From positions 32,001-96,000 of the forward strand of contig JBFWOZ010000001.1 of the NCBI GenBank assembly GCA_050250255.1: DNA of 64,000 bases, written 5' to 3'. Source of the DNA: Bdellovibrionales bacterium. GTDB taxonomy: Bacteria > Bdellovibrionota > Bdellovibrionia > Bdellovibrionales > DASUEL01. The position numbers and the translations under genes are program-made. The notes under the pieces were generated by a model. The model saw only the letters and a list, made by a program, of their open reading frames with translations. It had not been told where the DNA came from and did no database searches. Positions within the stretch are counted from its first letter, which is position 1. Each line of letters starts with the position of its first letter. Of this stretch, positions 57,736-64,000 are shown one piece after another.

Positions 57736-59088
57736 ATGGAAAGTAAAATGTCAGAATTGAAATCCTTTAATCTAGAAAAATATGTAAACATCTTCGATGG
57801 AGTAGACCTCACTCATGACATTGGAAAAGTGACTCGCGTTGTAGGCTTCATGATGGAAGGTTATTTACCTGGAGCTTGGCTAGGTAGTATTTGTCAAATC
57901 CATCCCTCCAGTGGCGCACCTCCTTTTTTAGCCGAAGTGGTTGGTTTTAAAGACAAGAGTGTACTCCTCATGCCTTTAGGCGAAATTATGGGTGTGGGTT
58001 TAGGGGCCAAAATTGTTCTGGTAAGACAAAAAGCATCGGTTCCTGTTGGGTCGGCTCTTTTGGGTCGAGTGCTTAACGGACTTGGCGAACCCATTGATGG
58101 TAAAGGCGCGATAAATACAGATCAGCAAGTCTCACTCTATGCCGCAGTTAAAAATCCATTATCTAGAGCTCCAATTGATGAGCCAATGGATTTAGGTGTG
58201 CGTGCTATTAATGGAATGCTCACTATAGGTAAGGGGCAACGCGTAGGCATTATGGCGGGCTCGGGTGTTGGAAAGTCAGTGCTCCTTGGTATGCTTGCAC
58301 GTAACTCAAAATCTGATGTGAACGTGATTGCCCTCATTGGGGAGCGCGGCAGAGAAGTTCGTGAGTTTATCGAAAACGACCTCGGTGAAGAAGGACTCAA
58401 AAGATCTGTGGTGATCGTAGCAACAAGCGATGAGAGTCCACTCATCCGTATGAGAGGTGCCTTCGTGGCAACGTCGATCGCTGAATACTTTTGTAAAGCT
58501 GGCAAAGATGTTTTGTTAATGATGGATTCCGTGACTCGCTTTGCGATGGCCCAAAGAGAAATTGGTTTAAGTACCGGTGAACCTCCCGCAACAAAAGGTT
58601 ATACCCCAAGTGTGTTTGCTCTTTTACCAAAATTACTAGAGCGCGCAGGTTCGTTTCAAGATTCTGGTAGTATCACAGGCTTGTACACGGTGCTCGTTGA
58701 AGGTGATGACATGGATGATCCGATTGCGGATTCCGTAAGATCCATTGTCGATGGCCACATTGTTTTGAGTCGTCAACTCGCTCAACGTGGACATTTTCCA
58801 GCGATTGATGTGCTCCAAAGTACAAGCCGTGTGATGAGACACGTCATCTCTCAAGATCATACGCGTCTTGCGGAAATTATGAGGGAGAACATGGCAGTCT
58901 ATAAAGATGCGGAAGACCTCATTAATATTGGCGCCTACAAAGAAGGTACCAATAAGAGAATTGATCAGGCTTTACATTTAAATGAGGCGATTGAATCCTA
59001 TTTGAGGCAGGCTGTTGTTGAAAAGTCAGATATGGGTGAGAGTGTTTCGCTGATGGCTTCGCTCCTAGGTTATGGGCCTGATGGGTAA
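57736..59088 (+). CDS. fliI: Flagellar export ATPase FliI
   Basis: AGSGVGKS, IGERGREV, DSVTRFAMAQRE, GEPP. Confidence 0.96.
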   Translation: MESKMSELKSFNLEKYVNIFDGVDLTHDIGKVTRVVGFMMEGYLPGAWLGSICQIHPSSGAPPFLAEVVGFKDKSVLLMPLGEIMGVGLGAKIVLVRQKASVPVGSALLGRVLNGLGEPIDGKGAINTDQQVSLYAAVKNPLSRAPIDEPMDLGVRAINGMLTIGKGQRVGIMAGSGVGKSVLLGMLARNSKSDVNVIALIGERGREVREFIENDLGEEGLKRSVVIVATSDESPLIRMRGAFVATSIAEYFCKAGKDVLLMMDSVTRFAMAQREIGLSTGEPPATKGYTPSVFALLPKLLERAGSFQDSGSITGLYTVLVEGDDMDDPIADSVRSIVDGHIVLSRQLAQRGHFPAIDVLQSTSRVMRHVISQDHTRLAEIMRENMAVYKDAEDLINIGAYKEGTNKRIDQALHLNEAIESYLRQAVVEKSDMGESVSLMASLLGYGPDG

Positions 59089-59093
59089 ATTCG

Positions 59094-59564
59094 ATGAAAT
59101 TTAAATTTCCTTACGAAAATATTCTTAAGACAAAAAAAGTTTCCAGGGATGTGGCTTTTCGAGATTTTGCAGAAGCTAAGGGACATTTGACCACTGCTGA
59201 AAATGATCTCTCAACGATGTATAATCTCGTAGCGGACACTCATCAATTAAGTGAAGATTGCTTAAAACAAAACCTAAGTCCGAGAGATAAAATTGAACTT
59301 CTTAAGTGGGCCCAGGTGTTCCACGATGGCCAGCAGGTAAAAATCAATCATCAAAAACTGGAAGTTCGAAAAAGAAATCAGGATACAGAGGATCGTCGAG
59401 AAACTTTGGCCCAGATTGCAAAAGAATATAAAATTTTTGAGAAATTAAAGGATAAAATGAAAGAGAAGCACAAAAAGAATGTGCGAAAACTCGATCAGAA
59501 AACGATTGATGAAATTGTTGTAATGCAGTCTGCACGAAAGATTATTGAGAGAGAGAATAAGTAG
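59094..59564 (+). CDS. fliJ: Flagellar export protein FliJ
   Basis: FKFPYENIL start, coiled coil, EKLK..QKTIDE; follows fliI. Confidence 0.82.
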   Translation: MKFKFPYENILKTKKVSRDVAFRDFAEAKGHLTTAENDLSTMYNLVADTHQLSEDCLKQNLSPRDKIELLKWAQVFHDGQQVKINHQKLEVRKRNQDTEDRRETLAQIAKEYKIFEKLKDKMKEKHKKNVRKLDQKTIDEIVVMQSARKIIERENK

Positions 59565-59575
59565 GGGATTTTAAG

Positions 59576-60349
59576 ATGGCGCCTGGGAAAAATGAGTACA
59601 AAGCTTTTTTTAAAGCAGCACAAAAAATAAAAGGACCTACTCCGTCTGTCTCGAAAGCTGCATTCACAAAGAAGATGGTAAAACCAAAGATGAGACGATC
59701 GCGAAGACCCTTTCCAGTAATGCCACTTATTGTTTTGGTTGTAGGCTTTGGTGGTACGGTCTGGGCATTAAACAATATTGAACGAATAGAGAAATGGTTT
59801 TCATCAATTGAAATTCAAGCAATGAGTATGGCTTCCGCAGAGGGGGCTAAGTCGGCAAAAGTCGACGCGAAAGAGTCTGGGGGAAAGGAAAAAATAGCCC
59901 AGGAAGAAGGTCAGGAGAAGAAAACCGCGAATTCTAAATCAGAATCCTGGACTCCGGAACAACTTAGCTTTTTCAACAAGTTAGAAGAAAAAAAGAAGCA
60001 ACTCGACCATCGCGAGTCAGAGTTGGCAAAGTTGGAAGAGGAATTGCAACAACAGAAAGTGTTACTCGAAAAAAGATTGGGTGAGTTAGACCAGTTGAGA
60101 GTAAAGATCTCGAATCGACTAGATGAAAAAGTAAAAGTCGATCAGGAGAAGGTAGATAAGTTGGTGGAGTTTTACTCAAATATGAAAGCGCAGAACGCCG
60201 CCAAAATTTTTGAAGAAATAGATGAAGATTTAGCGATTGAGATATTGGGAAAAATGAAAAAGAAAAGCGCCGCAGACATTATGAATCTTTTAAAGCCTGA
60301 GAAGGCTCAAAAGCTCTCGGAAAAGTTTGCCGGCTACAAAAAAAGTTAA
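59576..60349 (+). CDS. MotE/FlbB-like flagellar protein
   Basis: TM, coiled coil, YSNMKAQNAAKIF MgtE_N-like repeat. Confidence 0.8.
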   Translation: MAPGKNEYKAFFKAAQKIKGPTPSVSKAAFTKKMVKPKMRRSRRPFPVMPLIVLVVGFGGTVWALNNIERIEKWFSSIEIQAMSMASAEGAKSAKVDAKESGGKEKIAQEEGQEKKTANSKSESWTPEQLSFFNKLEEKKKQLDHRESELAKLEEELQQQKVLLEKRLGELDQLRVKISNRLDEKVKVDQEKVDKLVEFYSNMKAQNAAKIFEEIDEDLAIEILGKMKKKSAADIMNLLKPEKAQKLSEKFAGYKKS

Positions 60350-60362
60350 TTGAGGAACAGCA

Positions 60363-62279
60363 GTGGAAATCGGTTCAAGAGGTTTTGACATTAAGAGTTT
60401 AGGAGCGATGAAGCCGCAAAATGGCTTGTTGGACTCTTCTGCTCGTTCAAATCTCACGCCTGACATCTCTAAAAAAGATTTCACTCGTCCAACCGCGCCT
60501 GCTCTTTTAGAGAAGCAAGATGTAAAGTCGACAGCAACTGATGTTAAGAAAACAGATTTTAAGAAAACTCTTTCTGAAAAAGTAGAAACGAAGGCAGCAA
60601 ATAAGTCCTCATCGCCTGTATCGGACCGTTTAGAAAAAACTCCAGAGAAATCTTCAACTTCTTTTAACGAACCTATAAGCTCCAAGCCAATAGCAAAAAA
60701 GGCAGATGTGCAACAAAAGACATCTGTAGATATCGTTAGAGATGAAGAAGAGACTGGTGAATTCACGGTTGATGACAAAGCCGTCATGATGGAGTTTTTA
60801 ACTTCCATGCAAAAAGATGTCGGGGTTGATCCAAAAAATATTGTCGAAGCCATGATGAGCTTATCTGAAGAAGATCTCACAAAACCTATTGAAGAAACAA
60901 TGGCTCAGGTTCTCACTCAATTAAATTTGAATCCTCAACAAAAAGAAAAAGCAGAAGTGCTTTATCAGGAAATGTTGACGGATATGTCTCATAACGCCAT
61001 AAGCCGCTGGGCAGATACGGCGGGATACAAAGTTGATATGAGTGTTATGGGCCCTGAAGAAATGCAGCAACTGCGTACACTTCAGTCGCTTGATAAAATG
61101 TCTAAAGACTTTTTTGTTGCACCGAAGAGAGAAAGCGAAAAAACACCGGTTATGACAGCTTCTGGCATGGCCGCTTCGCAAGCTCAAGGGCTTCCAGTGG
61201 AAGCTCAGCCGATGACAGCATCTCCCGCTGAAAGTTCAAAATCGCTAGAGTCAGAAGGCTTCTTTCCAGCGACAAGTCAGCAAATGGCTAAGCCTGTAAG
61301 CGCGTCTCCAACGCAAACACCAAGCGCAACACCGACTCAAACGTCTGTCGGCGCAAAAGCAGTTGGTAAAAATCCTTACGGAATGTCGAGTGCATCTTCA
61401 GCCGCCTCCAAGAGCGCCACAAAAACCTCCGAGAAAGCTTTTGATTTAAGCGCATTTGGGTTTGGTGAAAGTGCCGCGACCAGCACTCTTCAAGTCCCAG
61501 CAGAAGCTCCGGTACTAGAGGAAGCAAGTAGTTCTGCGATGACTCAAGCCTCAACAAAAGATATTGGACAATCCTTAGAACAAAGTTTAGCCGGCCTCGG
61601 TAGTTACAAATCCGACACTGGTGATTCAGATAAGGGTAGCGAAAATAAAGGGGATTCCTCTTCGCAATCGAATAGCGGTTTCGCTGGTATGATGGGTGAA
61701 AAAGTAGCTGGTCAAGAAAGCTTGATGAAAAATGTTGGTGGAGCCGCCGCCGGCACACAGCTTCCTACAACAGTTAACGACCAAACAAATGTTCGTAACG
61801 TTCTTCAAGGCGCCCAAATTTTAATTCAAAAGGGCGGCGGCGAAATGAAAGTGAAGCTCACTCCTGAAGGCATGGGCAGCGTAGATCTTAAAGTCATGGT
61901 GAAGAACGGTAAAGTTGATATTCAAATGCTCACAGAGTCTGCAGAAACAAAACGACTTCTTGAGAGCAGTATCGAAGAACTCAAAGGTAGCCTCGCTATG
62001 CATAAATTAAGCCTTGAGAACATGAAGGTAGATGGTGCCAACACGAAGTTAGATACAGCTCTGGATCAAGGTTTCTTAAATCAAGAGCGTGAGCATGCGA
62101 GAGAATTTCTTGGACAATTTAGAGATTTCAATCATGCAAGAAGAGATACTCTCAATGATCTTGGAGATCTTCGTGGATATGGTTCTTCCAAGAGTAAAAA
62201 ATTAAGACCGGAAGATGCACAGATACCTTCTACAGCAAAAGCTGCGGGTAAAACTAAGAGATTGGATTTGGTGGCGTAA
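60363..62279 (+). CDS. fliK: Hook-length control protein FliK
   Basis: Low-complexity S/T/A/P region; KLTPEGMGSVDL domain; precedes flgD. Confidence 0.85.
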   Translation: MEIGSRGFDIKSLGAMKPQNGLLDSSARSNLTPDISKKDFTRPTAPALLEKQDVKSTATDVKKTDFKKTLSEKVETKAANKSSSPVSDRLEKTPEKSSTSFNEPISSKPIAKKADVQQKTSVDIVRDEEETGEFTVDDKAVMMEFLTSMQKDVGVDPKNIVEAMMSLSEEDLTKPIEETMAQVLTQLNLNPQQKEKAEVLYQEMLTDMSHNAISRWADTAGYKVDMSVMGPEEMQQLRTLQSLDKMSKDFFVAPKRESEKTPVMTASGMAASQAQGLPVEAQPMTASPAESSKSLESEGFFPATSQQMAKPVSASPTQTPSATPTQTSVGAKAVGKNPYGMSSASSAASKSATKTSEKAFDLSAFGFGESAATSTLQVPAEAPVLEEASSSAMTQASTKDIGQSLEQSLAGLGSYKSDTGDSDKGSENKGDSSSQSNSGFAGMMGEKVAGQESLMKNVGGAAAGTQLPTTVNDQTNVRNVLQGAQILIQKGGGEMKVKLTPEGMGSVDLKVMVKNGKVDIQMLTESAETKRLLESSIEELKGSLAMHKLSLENMKVDGANTKLDTALDQGFLNQEREHAREFLGQFRDFNHARRDTLNDLGDLRGYGSSKSKKLRPEDAQIPSTAKAAGKTKRLDLVA

Positions 62280-62282
62280 TTT

Positions 62283-63392
62283 ATGATGGATATAGGCAAA
62301 ACCACCAAAGCTTGGGCCAACAGCGCGAACGCGAAAGAAAATCGCCTCGAAGTGGCAAAAGGAACCAAACATTCAGCGACGGAAAAACCTTTTGGCGACA
62401 AAGATGTCGGCACCGTCCTCAATGAAATTGCAGATCCAAACTGGGTAGATCCAGCAAAAGTGCAGCGTGAGCAGAAAAAAGATCTCGATCGAGATGCGTT
62501 TTTTAAATTAATGCTCGCACAAATGAAAAACCAAGATCCTTACAATACGATTGAGAGTCATGAGATGGCCGCGCAGCTGGCGCAGTTTACGTCTCTCGAA
62601 CAGATGTTCAATATCAATAACAACTTGGAAGCGATTAAGCGTGGACAAGCTCCGGCATCGGATTACCAAGCATTGAATTTCTTAGGAAAAGAAATTTCTG
62701 CGGACTCGTCTCTCATCACTCGTACAAGTGATGAAGATAAACATGATCTTCGTTTCAGCCTGAATGGGGATGCGACAGAAGTGAAAGTCACAGTCAAAGA
62801 TGAAGCTGGCGATGTGGTCAAAGTATTCAATATGAATAATTTGAAAAAGGGCAAAAACGAAATTCTTTGGAATGGTTACAGCGAACAGGGCTTTAAACAA
62901 AATGTGGGTGAATACCGTTTCACCGTCGAAGCAAAGAGCGGTACGGGTAAAACGGTTGCCGCTGATACAAATACAACGGGTCGAATCACCGGAGTTCAGT
63001 ACACGGCTAAGGGCCCACTCCTCATGATTGGCAACACAACGGTTTACTTATCTGATGTGAAAAAGATTTTGGAACCTCAGGAAACAGGTGCTGCTCTTCA
63101 ACAAGTGGCTCAAGGTTTACCGGGTGCTCCGCAAATGGGTCCAATGATGCCGGCAATGGGAGGAAAAGCTTCGATGCTTCCAACCGCAGAAGAAGCGATC
63201 AAGCCTCTTAAAACAATTCCGTTAGCACCAGGTGCCAGTGTTCAACCACAATCACAAGCACCGGTAGCAGCTGGAACAGTACCAGCTCCCACCAAAGTAG
63301 AAGCTAAAAAGCCTAAGCCGCAAGCAGGAAAAATGCTCGCGCAAAATGGAACTCCTTTCAGCATGAAAATGAAAGGACAAGCCAGTGAGTGA
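62283..63392 (+). CDS. flgD: Hook capping protein FlgD
   Basis: FFKLMLAQMKNQDP, AQLAQFTSLEQ; Pro-rich tail. Confidence 0.93.
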   Translation: MMDIGKTTKAWANSANAKENRLEVAKGTKHSATEKPFGDKDVGTVLNEIADPNWVDPAKVQREQKKDLDRDAFFKLMLAQMKNQDPYNTIESHEMAAQLAQFTSLEQMFNINNNLEAIKRGQAPASDYQALNFLGKEISADSSLITRTSDEDKHDLRFSLNGDATEVKVTVKDEAGDVVKVFNMNNLKKGKNEILWNGYSEQGFKQNVGEYRFTVEAKSGTGKTVAADTNTTGRITGVQYTAKGPLLMIGNTTVYLSDVKKILEPQETGAALQQVAQGLPGAPQMGPMMPAMGGKASMLPTAEEAIKPLKTIPLAPGASVQPQSQAPVAAGTVPAPTKVEAKKPKPQAGKMLAQNGTPFSMKMKGQASE

Positions 63393-63777
63393 AATTCGTG
63401 GCCTCTCGCAAGCGCTACCTGGCTTAACACCAGAACCTAAGGGGAAGATTGGTTCCTCCGGTGGTCCATCTTTTAAAGATGTACTGAGCGATTTGACAAA
63501 ACCTGCGGCAACGCCTCAGGCGAGTAGTCTTAAGTTTTCAAATCACGCAGTGGAGAGAATGTTTTCTCGTGGGATTAACTTAAAGCCAAACGATATGACA
63601 AGACTTGAAGGCGCGATTCAAAAGGCAGAACAGAAGGGGAGTAAAGATACTCTTGTGCTGCTTGGAGAAAATGCATTTATCGTGAATGTAAAAAATAAAA
63701 CTGTAGTTACAGCTATGGACCAAAATCAAATGAAGGAGAATGTTTTTACGAATATTGATAGTACGATCGTTTTATAA
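63385..63777 (+). CDS. Flagellar operon protein (TIGR02530 family)
   Basis: LKFSNHA..R, KAEQKG, NVFTNIDS. Confidence 0.9.
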   Translation: MSEIRGLSQALPGLTPEPKGKIGSSGGPSFKDVLSDLTKPAATPQASSLKFSNHAVERMFSRGINLKPNDMTRLEGAIQKAEQKGSKDTLVLLGENAFIVNVKNKTVVTAMDQNQMKENVFTNIDSTIVL

Positions 63778-63815
63778 ACAGGAAGTTTATTTAGTTAGTT
63801 AAATTTTAATAATAC

Positions 63816-63884
63816 AGGGCTGGTCTCCAAATCTAATTGGAGGAGCCCTCTTAACTACGGCCCGCCGACTGATTGACGTGGGCC
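63816..63884 (+). promoter_or_regulatory. Candidate two-hairpin cis-regulatory RNA upstream of flgE
   Basis: AGGGCT/AGCCCT with inner CTCCAA/TTGGAG stem; GGCCCGC/GTGGGCC stem with 12-nt loop; SD 6 nt downstream. Confidence 0.5.
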
Positions 63885-63901
63885 ATTGTCAGGAGGACAA
63901 A

Positions 63902-64000
63902 ATGAGTGTTCTTTCATCTTTATTTACCGGTGTTTCCGGTTTATCAGCACAAGGTCAAGCGTTAGGCGTTATCGGTGATAACATCGCAAACGCGCACACC
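63902..64000 (+). CDS. flgE: Flagellar hook protein FlgE (5' part only)
   Basis: MSVLSSLFTGVSGLSAQGQALGVIGDNIANAHT; AGGAGG SD; follows flgD. Confidence 0.9.
   Translation, partial: MSVLSSLFTGVSGLSAQGQALGVIGDNIANAHT

Noticed and set aside
60290..60880. 196-aa minus-strand ORF
   Set aside because: Antisense shadow of low-complexity fliK

Overview
Gene-dense bacterial chromosome segment whose content points to a Bdellovibrionota-type predator (TIGR02147 regulator, many secreted orphans, deltaproteobacteria-style flagellar operon); this assignment is inference. Core genes: asd, pssA, pal-cpoB-tsaD-rsmA, smpB, ABC-F, ferredoxin, rluB-like, dsbD, motAB, lspA, dacB, trmFO, mlaFED-like and a flagellar operon from flgB to the start of flgE. 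No rRNA, tRNA or CRISPR array was seen. Main observations: (1) an HUH/Y1 RAYT-type transposase bounded by perfect 29-bp inverted repeats right after smpB, with an empty hairpin copy at 30.5 kb, a diverged relative at 9.4 kb and four other palindromic repeat types; (2) a 1-kb cassette (sigma54-type promoter plus putative caspase-fold protease) inserted into the ferredoxin 3' end, leaving a synonymously diverged duplicate of the gene end and no integrase; (3) a >698-codon ORF absent from the ORF track that joins a CFI-box-CTERM surface protein to a second signal-peptide-led, beta-barrel-like protein; (4) a frameshifted lytic transglycosylase with an intact candidate immunity gene; (5) a class II aldolase with a microcompartment encapsulation-peptide-like tail; (6) a two-hairpin RNA candidate upstream of flgE.
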